This document shows positions 11,891-25,678 of a DNA stretch of 64,000 nucleotides, one piece after another. Location of the stretch: positions 1,871,456 through 1,935,455 of the forward strand of contig NMRA01000008.1 in NCBI GenBank assembly GCA_002633005.1. The letters run 5' to 3'. The translations under genes and the position numbers were made by a program. How positions within the stretch are numbered: the first letter of the stretch is position 1; each line of letters begins with the position of its first letter. Source of the stretch: Phoronis australis (lineage: Eukaryota; Animalia; Phoronida). The notes under the pieces are model-generated. The model worked only from the letters and a program-made list of their open reading frames with translations, did not search any database and had not been told where the DNA came from.

Positions 11891-14134
11891 GGCGTAATGG
11901 CAAATTAGACTAAATCTATTTGTCTGAATGTTTTCCGTTTATATTGTGGGAATACAATATACATTACATTGTGTACGTACTTCAAATAACAAATTACTAC
12001 TCTTGTATTTGTGTCACATTCACTGTAGGGGAAGCAAAGCTATGTTGAATATTCAGGCCAAAAAGCTGATGTAGTTTTGGTCTTTGCCCGCATCTTTGCA
12101 GCTGGGCATCACTCATATCGGATAATTGTTTGGTAGAAATGGCATGCTACACCACTTGAGCTGATATCAGGTGAATTTTTGTTAAAAAAAATAACAAAAA
12201 CACTGCGTGGATTTTAAAAACAGTCACATATCAGAACGAAATATGCTTTGTCTAAAGGGACGCTTCCTTCTAACTCGCTAGCTAGAATTCACACAAAAAA
12301 ACAGTCACTCAAGCGTAACCATGACCGGGGCACATTCCATACCAGGGTAGAAAGATTTCTATTCAGAGCATCGGCAAAAGGGTCAGAAAGTTGATTTTCT
12401 TTGAGCTCCCCAGTCCTAATGTGGGTCGCAGTATTACAGCAATCGCAATTTCTTTGTATTGTAGAAATTCTACTGCTATATAACAGTGGTAAAGAAATTT
12501 GTTAGATCAGTTAGTCTTGCATAAAATTATTTTTTTCACGGCTCGTATTTATGCTGCAAGTTGGAAGGAAATGCCTAATTCAAGTGGTCCCAGGCCTGGA
12601 GGCACATTTCTAAACAAATCTTGTCAATCCACAATTTTTGTGAAAATAAAGTTTTCGTAGCAAAGTTGTTGAGTACATGAAACACCCGTTTCCAAATATG
12701 GCTGCGTGTATTTGATTCAGTTTTTATTAGACAGCACAAATAATGCAGTTGTTCAACAAGCCATGCCAGGGTAGTGTGGCTGTATTAACTGAATCTGGGA
12801 TCCGACGAAAACGCTTCGTTTTTGCGTTTATCTGTTCTCGCCATTCTATAAACACTACTTTTCATTGTGGAAAAAAACTTAATTTGGCGTTGCATTTATT
12901 AACTTTAACTCAAATCTAAGCCACAGCAGTTTTGAGATCGACCAAATTATTCAAGCCTAATTTAAGAGTTACGTGAATCCTTCCGTGACCCATTTTAAAA
13001 CATTTATTTGACATCGATTAATACAACACAATAAATATAAAACAATACCACATAAAGACTGATGGAGATGAAGGATATGAACTAAAAATAAGAATGGCAT
13101 TAATAAGACAAAAGTACAAGTAAAATAAATTAAAAAAGACAATCATTGTGCCAATGACGCGAAAACGTTTGACCGAGTAATAAAATGTGTATAGGTATTG
13201 TCAGTGTCATGAATGTTGTGACGCATTTAGAAATATAAAAGGGCGTTACATGCATTGTTAGAAAATTACGAGTGAAATAAAAATTCGTTCACATTTGACA
13301 ATGGAGTTTTAGAGATTTTTGTTCATCGAAAGTGGGTTAGTGAACTGTGCTTGACACTGGTGTAAAGAAAGGAGAGCTGTTCCCTTTTGCAAGACGGAGG
13401 GTAGTTGAAGTTATGAAGTGTCATTTCGCCAGGTAAGTGTAGCAAAGAACCGAGGTATAACGGACAAAAATTTTACTGTCAAGGGGCTTGACTTGTACCA
13501 CGTGATCTTGAACCACAAGGAACTGCCCGGTCTTCGAAGCCCTCAAATCAGTTTGACAAAGGAACAATTTGAGACCACTTTCGCAACAGTAAGTGGTTTA
13601 AATCAAAAGTTTTTGTTTTAAAGTGGTAAGCGGGTTTAACAATACCATACGCTAAAGTTTCACCAATTTAGTGCATTTCAAGTGAATTTGTTCTCATTTT
13701 ATAAAAGATACATAACACCCCAATTCTATGATAGCATCGAATTAGTGTTTTGTTTTATTCAAGTTCTGGACACGAGATGTTTTGAAAAATCCTGGGTATT
13801 CAAAAAATATTACGATCTTGAAAAATGAAAATGGTTGATTTTGTCCGAAATTCACCGATTATAATTTACCGAACCCATGCAGCTATCAGTATAATCTTGA
13901 TAAAAGGCTTTGCGTTTTTGCCTACAATTGAGTGTTCACCTTCAGATTTATACTTACGAACATGAAGTTACACAGACACGGCCTGTTTATAAATAGGCTA
14001 ATACAGCTGAATGAATTAACGCCGTTTTATGTCTTCAGTTTTTTACATTATCTGATGGAGATCTTGTGAAAGCTATTTTTCGATGTTTCATGAAAAAGCA
14101 TTAAAATGTCGATTGATTTATTGATGACGGAAGG

Positions 14135-17100
14135 ATGACATCAAACACTGTTACAAAATCCCTTCGTCCTCTCCGCACGAGCGAAAGTGCAGCAGATATT
14201 AAACAATTTAACATGGCTGCAAAACAAGCTTTCGTTAAAAAAACGATGCGTGATCTCGCCAATTCATTGGCCAAAGTTACGCATTGTAAGCTTTATGCTT
14301 TTATCATACCTCATCCTAAAAATTTCTCATTTTGAGGTATTCGTGTCCAAGGTTAATGTGTATGCCTTTATTTTTGGCGACTAAGGTTTATTATTTGTAA
14401 TGATTCGAGTAGGTTACGAAAACATTGGATGCTGGCTATATTAAAAGCAAAGTTTTACCAGGGGAAGTCAAAATGTATGTCGACAAAATTTTTTTTTTTT
14501 GTGGTGACTTGCAGGCTTTCTGAACTAAAAACAGAGTTATTGCCAATGATAGATACAACTTATGTGGCTATTGTTAGTCTAGTCTTTTTCGTTGGGAAAA
14601 AGCGTCAAAAGTTAGGCCTAATTCCTGTCCTCTGGCACATTTTTTGAACTTCAGTGGCATCCAGTCAAAACATCTTGTATATGAAAACAAAATTATGCGG
14701 ATGTGTGGTTTTTTTCCTTTAAACAGGCACAGGTCAAATCAGTTATACGTTATTTTTGGCTAAGCCAACCTGTTTCATAACTTTCATGTTTAGGTCACAA
14801 GTAGGAAGGAATGTGTTCTTTATAGTCGAAGTACCTCATGTTGCATTTCTTTGTCATATGCCATGGTCACATCTCGCTGAAAAGTCGACTGTTTATTTTT
14901 GATGTTCAAAATAATTGTGCCGAATTTGAACTCTTATCTTCTAGTTTCCGATCACGAATGCTGGTGTCTTTGCGTCATGCATCGTGAAATCTCCAAACTG
15001 AATCAGAGCACAACAGTGAAAAGACCCTTGTTTAGAGACTTTTTGGTTACAGTTTTTGATATCACGGACGACTTCATTCTTGACAACAGTACGTATTATG
15101 TGAGGAATGTTTTGCATACCATTTCAATAATGAAACATTTGTCTTAGAGCTCTCTTCACGATTTATTACGTGTGAATCTTTTGAGTGCACCCAACAAGAA
15201 TTAAAGGAACATTGACATAGTTACGGCCTAAAATGCATTCTAGGGATTATTGTGGACTCGGACTTTTTGAAATTGTTGGCTTTGACCAGAGCTATGAAAC
15301 AATTCCACCTGTTGTTTGTGTGATTTTATTACAAATCACCTGTTCTCGTTGATTTTCTGCCACACACTCGCTACTAGTAAAATACGCTAAGAGACTCTGC
15401 CATTCATCGAGCTTGACTTAGCTCAGCCAGCAAAGAGTTAGACTGCGACCGCGGGGGTGCCAGGTAAATCTCGAAAAAAAACATTTTCCTCCGGTAATGT
15501 TCTTTTAAGGACAGCATGTAAGCTAACCATATTACGTGTTCTTCTTACACTAAAAGGCGATGTATTCCACGAGCTCACCATATTTATCGGTGGCCACACG
15601 CTATGTTCGTTGTTAACCCCAAAACAGTCCGTCTCCTTCAACCTGTAGCCCTAACACTTGTCACGTTGGCACGCTGGCCTGTACCACCCTAGACCGAGAG
15701 CCACCGTCTGAACTGGGCCAGCATCGCTGGCATACCTTTGCTGTCCTCATACGATTTTGTTCAAATTTCCAGTGTTTCGCATTTTTGACACTGATGGTGA
15801 TAGCGAAATCAGCATGGCAGAATGGGTGAAGAGCATGTCTATTTGGTTAAGAGGCACTTTAGACGAAAAGAAACAATGTAAGCATGGTGCCGTTAAACGT
15901 TATGAGTTTTGTACTAAAACTAAACGTGAAAGAAAGTTATGCCAAGCGCTTGGTATATGTAGCTCACCTGTTGCCGATAGAAAATCTACTGGATCAGAGC
16001 TAAAATGCACTGTAAATATGATATTCCTATTTACAAGTATATATTCAACAACTGTTTTGTAATGTCGTAAAATTTCGTAACTATATGACGCACGTCCTTT
16101 TACGCTAATCTTTGTATGTCAGTTTGTTTTTCCCTGTATGATCTTGACGGAGACGGCCACCTTGCAAGGGAGGAACTCTTCCAGTTACTCAAATCAACGA
16201 TAGTTGTGGTATGTATGAGATCGGAACCTTTCTCAGGTTTTTCCTGGAAAATCTGTTGTGATCATTTATTATTGCACCTTGATAAGAAATCCTGTAAATC
16301 ATCACGGACGATGATGATCTTTGCATGAAAAATTCCATCTGCTGTTAATATTAATTATTAGCAACCATTTATATATTCATCATATCGTATCACACCACTC
16401 ACATGAATTCGTAGAAATGGTTGATATCACCTCTTATAAGAAACGTGTTGTGATTAACTATGGTCAGCCAAAATTCTCTGCGCACCATCTTATGTAAGTC
16501 ACGAGATTTTGCAAATGGCTCCGTTTACTTTTTCACAATTTTAGTTGTGTTTCGTCAGCAAATACTTTTTCCCAAACTTAACAGGATGAGATGCTGTTTC
16601 AATTATTTCGAGACAGCTTTAATATTTTGCCATTTAGCACGATGATGACATCGATGAAGGCGTCAAGGACCTGGTGGAAGTGACTTTGAAGATGGTGGAT
16701 ATCGACGGTGACGGTGTTCTCACGTTCCCAGACTTTTGGTATGGTTTATTGACTAATTAGTTGGTTTTATTACGCTAAATACACAATACTTATTAATGAA
16801 TAACAGTGAATGTGAGACATGATGAAAAAAATAATGGAGACAGATAAAAGCGGGATATTACATGAACAAAAGAAAAATGTTATGTGTGCCAGAAAGTGAG
16901 ACATCCATGTCCGCGGTGGTACCTCACATATAACAGACATAATGAAAGACTGATGACGGACAAAAATAAACAAAGCACAGATAAAACGAAAAATAAGTAT
17001 GTTCAGCCACATATTGGAAAAACGGGATAAAAAATTGAATATGACTAAACACGCAAATAGCAAATTAAATTAAATTGAATATATACGTAGACAACAGTAG

Positions 17101-18254
17101 TTAGAGAGAACACCACAGACATGATGAAAACTAGAAGTCTGACAATAGTAAGAAAGATCATTGATTTTGCTAAACAATTGCCTTGTGACAAGAAATTTGA
17201 AAACACTTTAAAAGTTCCCTTAAATATCAGTGGGTAAGCCATTTAAAAATTTTTGTCCAAAAGACTTCCTTTGAGGTTATTTGAAACGTTAAGAGAAAAT
17301 TTACAAAAGATAAGACATGAGAAAAGGAATAGAACACTATAAAATAAAATGTGGCTCTTGAGCCCAGGATCTAGGAATTCGGTAAATACAGTCCAGCAAA
17401 CCAGGTTCAAGTATAAATAGAATAAAATTGTATACTGAGAATGTCTGTACTTGTGCTCGTTGCGGTTTCACGAAAATCTGAGAACTAAATAGAGCTGGGC
17501 AGGAACAACTCGAATGCGCCCAGAGCCCTTTTTTCGGAAACAGGTGGGAGATTTTCAGGAGATTAAAATGAACAGTTCATACAAAAACTAGAAAACCTTC
17601 CTCCTACATAAGTAACAATTGTCAGCCCACACACCACTGTCAAAGTCCACCTAGAAAAACTAAAATCTTTCCTGAGCAAATTTCACACGTCATTTTATCC
17701 TTTGGCGGGATGGACACACTTCTGGCAACACGGATGAACCTGGGTAAGTGAAACGAAACAGAAAATGAACCTCGGTGGACGCTGTTTAAAAAAGTTGAAA
17801 GTGCACAAAGCTCTACGTGGAGTCTACCATGGCTTAAACACTACATAAGCACTTTAACACACGTGGCTGCTGTAATTTCTCTTGAAAAAATAAAAAGTTC
17901 GTGATCAGGTTCTTTGCTGTTTGCTGTAATAACTTCATATTCTGAACTAAAAAATTCTGCTGCAATATATCAAAAAGCCAGCCATATTAAGCACCCACTC
18001 GGCGTCTACAATCTTCCCTGAAATAAAAACGACTTTTCATGAGAGCCAACGGATTCATTGAAAATTGATCAAGAGTTTCGGCATCTACCTTGCTCTACCT
18101 TTTCAGTAAAGCTGTGGACCTTGAACCGCTATTACTCGAAGTTTTTGGTGATTGCTTGCCATGTCAAAAGTCATTGGCCGCTTTTGAGGCACAGTTCAAG
18201 TCCAACGGATTCACTTTTTTGGGAAATTACATTCCCTATCAACAAAAACGTTGA
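14135..18254 (+). CDS. CLXN: Calaxin / EFCAB1-like EF-hand calcium-binding protein, ~244 aa, 6 coding exons
   Basis: Exons 14135-14285, 14945-15088, 15773-15877, 16123-16208, 16638-16738, 18107-18254 (735 nt, phases compatible). Calaxin-like motifs: [64 protein letters not shown]. An in-frame stop lies upstream of ATG 14135; ATG 14213 is an alternative start. Possible 5' UTR intron 13433-14038. Confidence 0.88.
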
Positions 18255-19204
18255 GAATGAAGGTAAGCTACTCACATAACTGGATTTGTTTGGACGATCA
18301 AAGGATATTTGTTGGATGACAAACGCTGCATAATTTGTAAAATTAGAGTAACGTGTGAGACCAACCAATACAACTGCGAAGTAACTGATAGTACAATAAA
18401 AACTACGTAATACTTTAATAACGACTGAAATATCTCTTCTTTTTTTCTAGCCACGAAGAAAAGTTGCGGTGCTCGGTAACATGAGAGACTATTGTTTTGG
18501 CTTCAAGTGATTCAACTATCTCACACAAATTGATTGGAGCCTTTTATTAGTTTGCCTCTCATCCGTTACCCATGAGTTCTACTGCAAGTCGTTGGCAAAT
18601 AAACATCAGTGGGAACCAATATATTATGATCGTCTGTTAGGTTACTCAATACGATTTTAGTCGCCTTTAACAGTCTGATAATTTTACTTGATACTGAACT
18701 CTAGTTTGAAGATTTCAAACCAATATTTGTCCTGTCACCTGCTAATGCAAGATTGGCGTCAATCTTGAACTACAAAAGCAGGATTCAACTAAAAAATCTT
18801 ACCCCCTATTTCACAAATTGGTCAAAAGCGTAGGTCACGCTTGCCCACTTTGAAAGGAGTTTTCAAATTTTCCTCCAAACTTTTGAGGGCTGTGGAGGGT
18901 TACAGAGCACCATTTCTTTTCAGAAAACTGGACGGGAAAGTCATTGATTTTTTTATATTGGCTAAAACCGAGTTTGGTATCCTTTAAGTTAGTGCTCGTT
19001 TTCACTAATGGCCGTTTCCCACTAACGCTTCTGTGTTGAGAGAGTCGTCGGGAGTTGAAACGTTTAAATTCGATCTAGGACTACCACCGAGTCAAATACG
19101 TTACTAAAGCTTTGTTGAATTAAACAGCGAAGTTAACCGAGGTTTTCCATTGGCTCCGGTAGGCCTACTTAAATGATACAACAGGCGAGAAAATTCTTTG
19201 TTTA

Positions 19205-19285
19205 GGTTAGCCTGAAGAGGGATTCGAACTTGCTACCTCAGCGGTACCATTCCAACGTTTTGCGAAGCTAAACCTCTCCATGCGA
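19205..19285 (-). mobile_element. tRNA-derived SINE-like head, degenerate
   Basis: Minus-strand B-box GTTCGAATCCC. No intact cloverleaf. Confidence 0.3.
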
Positions 19286-20199
19286 CCGCAGTGGAAACTA
19301 GACGGCGGTGTTTGACGCGTGCGACAGGTTTTCAACATGTTTGACGCATCTATAGTAGTTATCTATGATCCCATTCGGCAAGTAGACGTGTAATTTAAGC
19401 GCATTTAACTGCACATTTTGATAACTACATCCCTGTACATAAAAGCATTTTTACTGTGAATTTTTAAATAGTGAAGTTCGGTGTCATTTTGACTTCACTT
19501 TGTCAATGTAGCACAAGAAATAAAACCAGAAAGCACACTGTACTTGAAAATCCAATTTATTTTGAAACAGTTCCATTTGGAAATAAGTTCACTAGTTTAC
19601 GTAACGATTCGTTTTATGAATGAACCCGAAAGCTTTTTAAGTTTCACTTGAAGTTTCCCGCAACAGTTTAGTCCATGAGCTAGTGAAACTGAACTGAATA
19701 TGACGTCATTGTAAAATGGTGTATATTATAGTCAGCGTGACAATTAAACGAACATTGAAATGGATAAACTGAGAAACTACATGCGTCCGTTTTATGAGAA
19801 GTGACTTTTAAAAGACTTAAGTAAAGAAAGTCGTCTTACGATCCACACGTAGCTATTTCTGAAAAATAATTTTATCTCACCTCAGCAGAAGTACAAGTTC
19901 TCTGAAAATACACATACACCATTTCTAGGTGCACAGATAATTTTCATAAATTAAGTCAAAACTGTAATGATCAAACAATTACATGTGGAAAACATTACTC
20001 GGTAATTGCGAAGTGGAAGCACAAGTCAAAACTACAGATTTAAGTCTTCGTTGTCTTTCCTGATACAGACTCCTCATGCTGTACATTGTCAAAGTTACTC
20101 GTATTCACTAGATTGAAACGAAACTTTAAAGTAGAGAAACTCCTCGGTGTTATAACTTAACAGAGACCAACATTTTGTTGAACTGAACAAAAAAAACAA

Positions 20200-23100
20200 T
20201 TATTGTCTTTTGACTTCCTCCTGCCAGTATCTCCGTTGAAGGCTTTCTAAATGTTGCTGTAACTGGTTATAGCGGCTGGTTTTCTCCGTGTGACTGGTCT
20301 TCAGCTTTTCAAATTCGTTCTGCAAACTAACAAAAGGTTTCTGGGGTTATTATACCGTTGCAGGCCAATGTAGTGATGTAGGCTATGCTGTAAATTTCGC
20401 CAGATTTTCTTAGTGAGCTAGGGCACGATCAGATGCTGAAATTCGTCCTGCAAACTAAAACGGAGTGATAAACTTAATCGGGGTTGCCATAATGGTTGAG
20501 GCGCATGCACGCTGTAAAAGTTTTGTAAGCATTTCTAAGTGATTGAGTAAATCCCTCAGATAACTTTAATGGTAAGGTTTCAGAGAAATTTCCAATGGCG
20601 AAATGCTTAAGTGGAAAGCACTTGAACAGGATCTTGGTTTAACTCCACCCATTCATCGAAATGTTAAATTAGAGAAATGAAACCTTAGAGTACACAGGAA
20701 GACTAACCAGAAAGGTTGAAATGGATTATCTCGCACAAAAGGCAAAAGTTCCCAACAAGCATCGAAGACGTTTAGTCAAAAATTTCCGTTCTTAATTCCA
20801 CAAAAGTGGCCCCAAAAGGCCGCCACTTGAAAGTCCCGTCGTCGAGACTAGGCCCGGATCCAGGAGCATGATCAAAGGGCTTCTGATAATGATAAGATAA
20901 GACATGAGTGGGCAGTTTATATTCGTCTACGTCAGCTATACAATGTGGCCGAACAGGAGAGGCATAGACTCCCCTGTGCATCCGTTTCTGTGATTTGCTT
21001 TGACTGGGAGCTGTTCTTGAAATTTTTGCATACCTTTGAAGATTCTCTTGTGCTCCGTTACTCCGCGTCCTTTCAGCCTCCAGCGTCACTGTCACATTTT
21101 TCAATTCTCTAAGTTTATGCACCATTTCTGTAATAAAGGAATTAGGTGGTCATTCTATGCGAAAGGTTTATTGTGGGGCAAATTCGGACACCGTCATAAG
21201 CACATGATTCCTGCATTTTATTTCGATTTTCCAATCTTTTGTCGTCCGGGTGCCAAAAAAACGTCACATGACTCTGTTTCTACAAGAATATCATTACATT
21301 ATTACGACATCTGCGCTTTCATTGAGAAAAAGCAGTGAACCTGGCTGCTGACCAACCGTTCAAAAAAGATGCTAAGCCCGGTTTCTGCCAAATACAATAA
21401 CAGAGTCGTGAAGTTGTTCACACAAGTCTTTCAAATGAAATAATGCCCTTATATCGTTGTCAACCCCCAAATGTACAGAGGAAGTCTGCTAAATCGGCAA
21501 AGGTGACTAATCCTTTGGTGAGATAATCGACAGTTGTGGAGAAGGATCGCCAACTTTGAACTAACTTTGTCACATGGTGCAGTTTTGAGTTGAACAATGG
21601 GTTTACGGCCCAGTCCTGCCTATATTTTCGACGGGGAGTGCAGCTAGAAAATTAGGATAAAAAGTCACCCAGTTGGAGAGTGGACTCGAACAAAGAGGTC
21701 GAATTTTCCAGTTGTCGGGAGTTTCCATAGAAAGGTCACTCTGACAGGATTTTGTTACAGGAATTTCCTTTGTATACCTAAACCTTTTGTAGGGATTCTT
21801 GGAAATTGTCTTTTAGGGCGTTACACCTGAAACAGTGCTAGTACATTTTTAGAAACGAAACTAAAATATGGCTAATGTTGAAAGTACTTCTATTGATTTT
21901 TGTAGTTGGAAAAAGAAACAGTTTGTAGAATTTCGAACTTCCAAAAAGAACTCTTTTTGGAAATTAAATTGGAAAGGCATCTCTGTAGGGGTACTGGTGG
22001 TAAAAATGAAACAAATCTAAGCGGCATGTCCCATATACCTTGTCAATCCGAGCACGACCTACCGGGGGCTCAGTAGAGGTACTTGTAGTTAGATAATCGC
22101 TTTTTGATTAGCGTGCTTTGCGCATAGTTGTGTCATACAAATCGAGTAATTTCAGTTCTTCCTACCAAGCACAATTTCGTGTCGTACAGCGTTGGAGACC
22201 TGTTCTTCCTTCTCCGCTTTCAGGTGTCTTTGTTTCCCTGGGTCACTCTGAAGCTCTTCATGCTCTCTGAGAAAAGTGACCACTTTGGAACAAAAAGCGT
22301 TCTGGTCGCTTCGGAGTTTCTTTCTCAAACGGTGCTAGCAAATAATTTTCAAAAAGAGGATATACAGGATACAAACGGACAATATTTCACTTTATTATTC
22401 AAACATTTCACATTCATCACGAGGTATAAAGGTAACACATCCTGTCATGAGACCACATTACTTTGGAAATGTTTTTTTAAGCTTTTTGTGGCAAACGGTT
22501 GTTATTAGCAGTTTTGCAGACTAGCAGTTTTTTGTTTATGTAACTACCATTTTTGTGTATTTTACCTTTCCTTCGTAGATTTATAAGTTTTGGACATAAA
22601 TTGGGATGTCACCTGGTAACGCGTACGTATTTTGCTGATACATCTTCAGCATGTGATAAGGTAACTTTGATTCAATCACTATATATTTACCACGTCGTTC
22701 GAAAGGTTGTCGCACTCTTCTGATAGCTGAAGCTGCTTTTCAGCGACAATTCCCTTTGCGATAGTCAAAGTCTTGAGACTTACATCCTTAATACTCAGCT
22801 GGTTGAGCTATGGACAACGATGAAAGACAAAATTGATTAAAATTAGATTGAACAGACTCGGAGTTGTAAAATTATTTCTTCCGTCTGGAAGATACATTGA
22901 GTGGATAACGTTCTTTTCTACAGCCCCAGACGAAAATTGACGTATATCTGTGAACGTTTTTGATCCTCTAATGAGCATCCAACGCAGTACTAGTTTGAGA
23001 GAATTGATGCTGCCTGATAAATAGACGATCCGACAACGCTCATAAGGTACGTCAATTTTCGCCTTTTAGTTAGCAGAAAAGAACCTTATTGCAGTCCCGT

Positions 23101-24330
23101 AGTCACGTTAAGGTAACCTATCTCTCTCCTTCGTCAAAGTCTCTTTTCTTTTCTTTTACCTTTTCAATTTGATCTCCCACTCACCTCCACGCCCTTTATT
23201 CAGTCAACGAGTTTGCCAACACTGATATCTTAGAGTCTAGACAAACGTTGCGAATTAGAGTGAAATGCAATTTAAAGATGTACTAGTTAAAATTGGCTTT
23301 CAACATACCAGTAACAAATGCTTGCCTTTCAAAATTTCTTGACTTTCGTACAACTTATTCAGGCTGGTCTGCAATGTCTTCAATTCCTCCTTAACTAGAA
23401 ATAACAGGCTTACGAAATTGACGAATGTAGTTGTGTATCACGAAGCGGTCGGGATCTGGGGCAGCGTTGGTCGGCATGTACTTCTTTAAGCCAGCTTGCC
23501 GAAGGCTGGTGAAAATAACGGTTTAAATAGTGCTGGACGCCAAGCACTAGTCCGAGTACGGAGACTAGTTTTCATGATTTTGCGAAAATAAGGCCTATTG
23601 CAAAGGCAAATATGATTATGAATGTCTGAATAAAATCTTGAAAAATATTTACTGGTGTTACCGAAGGTATGAAGGTCAACTAGAAAACCATAGGCGCACT
23701 GTTAGAAACAAAATGTTGTCAGGGTAATATTCTCATGTGTGGACCTGTTTAGCCTATAGTAAGTTATAGTTGGAATCTGGTCAAAATTTGTGCGAAAAAA
23801 ATCTCAAAACCCAATCAAATCATTCTTAACATGTGAATAGATTTTGGCAGTATCTGATGTTCCTAATTGTTCCTTTACAGTTTCACGTTAATTTAAAAAT
23901 ACAGTCCTAATCTGCTAGTGGGCTTTGCCACACCCAAGCATAAATTAAATATACTGGTATTTAATGTTGTTAGTCCCAATCAAAGAGGTTAGCCTACGTT
24001 ATAACTGTGATCTAATAGTTATAACTCTTGAGGTTACGATATAGCTCTGAACTAAGTGTTATAACTCTTGGTGTGAACTGTTTGAAACCAATTCTAAAAG
24101 TTGTTACTGTAGTACAGTTCAAAAAAGCCTTCTGCGAGGATGGTTTCTCGAGCAGTTGTGAAAGTTGTCCGTCGAGCTAGTTAGTAAAATGGCCGCAGTA
24201 GCGCTTGCCGACCAATTGTACAAAAGGCCAACGACAAAGTAGGCTTACCTTCATTCAGACGATTTTTTCTTGTTCTTGCTGCATCTTCGGACACTAAAAT
24301 TTGATTAAACAATTCGTCTAAAGGCGTCAT
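20200..24330 (-). CDS. CCDC172: Coiled-coil domain-containing protein 172-like, ~224 aa, 6 exons
   Basis: Exons 24330-24249, 23394-23309, 22807-22691, 22334-22166, 21127-21034, 20326-20200 (675 nt, GT-AG, phases compatible). N-terminus MTPLDELFNQILVSEDAA resembles vertebrate CCDC172 (MSLESLFQHIIFTEHQA, from memory), and the protein is heptad-rich throughout. The model is ~30 aa shorter than human, so an exon between 22166 and 21127 may be missed. Confidence 0.7.
20605..20650 (+). mobile_element. Degenerate tRNA-like SINE head
   Basis: A-box-like TAAGTGGAAAGC followed by B-box-like GGTTTAACTCC. Confidence 0.25.
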
Positions 24331-25672
24331 CTTCAAACGGTAGGTTCCTAAGCGACCTACAATGGGATAACGCTGCACAGTCGCAATATGTGCACTTGCT
24401 GGTTGACTAAACGACAGTAGCAGACGACAAATGCAAAAATTGCTCCACCGTTTTACGTGCGTTCGACCATCGACCGACTTTCACCTGATTCTAGAGTTAT
24501 ATATCACACCAAAAGAGATGGTCACTGTGACAAAATCGAAGTTTTAGACGAAGTCAGAACACACAGTTTTATGTTTCGAGAATGTGGAAAATTATAGATA
24601 AATAAGTCTTAGGCTACATTTCCAAATCACGCCGGGCCAGAACCAACTGAGGTCATCACTGCACCACACTATCCGGATGACCACATAGCCATTGTGTCCA
24701 ATCTATGGTAAATACAACATTTCAGAGGACGTCCTCTTCTAGAGAAGTTCTATATAAAGTATATTGCTTAATTGTCAACATTTTGAAAATGAAAAGCTGA
24801 ACGATCTGGATCGAAACGGGGTAGGTAGCCTATCCCACGGGGCAATTGTCCAATGCAACATCAAGAAACGTTTCGACGGCGTTTTTTAATCATGCTTGTG
24901 AAATGCGGGAATCTCTCACAAAAATAAAGGATATATAATGGCAGATTTCGTTGCGTGTCACGAAGAAGGCCAGTTTGATTATTCTCTTGGTGCTGTAGCG
25001 GTACAAAGCTCCAAGTTCTAAGTAGACCCTACATGTAGTAGGCCTACTAATAAGTTTTTTAATCCGATTGTCTAGGTTTCTCTTGCAGATGTTCAACATA
25101 TGAGTGCATATCGCCTATTATGTGGATTTGGAATTCTCCAGAGTTTTATTAAAAAAGAATATATAAAAACTATTTTTTAAAGTATCTAGACATGTGACGT
25201 TTTTATGTAGATCACAGTCTAAATTTACTCCTCCCAATCATTTAGGAAACATTTTAAATTATTGTAGCCCATGACAACAGCGGTTCAGCAAGCTCTTAAC
25301 ACGCATCCCCGGGGTTTAGTAGCCTATCCCGGGGTACTAGTCTGATCCACTTTTGACAATATTTCGTAAAGTCACGACCGAATCATTCGGAAGATAGCAT
25401 ACCAAACCGTGGTCAAATGTCCAGAATTATTGTGAAAATCACCCACGAAAAAACGCGAGACCCGGCGCAGGTCTACTACCGGCATAAAATGAAAACCAAC
25501 GGTCAAACCGAAACAGCATTTTCAGATTACAACATCTAATGCAGAGCCTTCATTCTATTTTGTGTTGAAACACCTAACATTTGTTTCGTCCACATACCTC
25601 GATCAAGTCGTTAGAAACAACTGCACTAGGCTAACTGTGATTAACAAAAGAAATGAATGCTATTACAAAAGC

Positions 25673-25678
25673 TTTATT
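25673..25678 (-). promoter_or_regulatory. Candidate polyadenylation signal of the hillarin-like gene
   Basis: Minus-strand AATAAA ~970 nt past the stop codon, at the end of U-rich UTR-like sequence. Confidence 0.45.

Noticed and set aside
15201-17224. TTAA-AGGAAC and GTTCCCT-TTAA ends bracketing calaxin exons 3-5 (possible exon-capturing transposon)
   Set aside because: The match is short and the exons are collinear parts of a normal gene; more likely independent fragments or chance.
22110-22199. Alternative continuation EELKLLDLYDTTMRKAR after CCDC172-like exon 4
   Set aside because: It needs a 38-nt intron or a frameshift and ends in a stop with no phase-compatible donor. Left out of the model, though the exon 4 end is uncertain.
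23320-23330. Possible GC-AG donor (AAG|GCAAGC) in CCDC172-like exon 2
   Set aside because: It gives the wrong phase; the canonical CTG|GTATGT donor at 23309/23308 keeps the frame.
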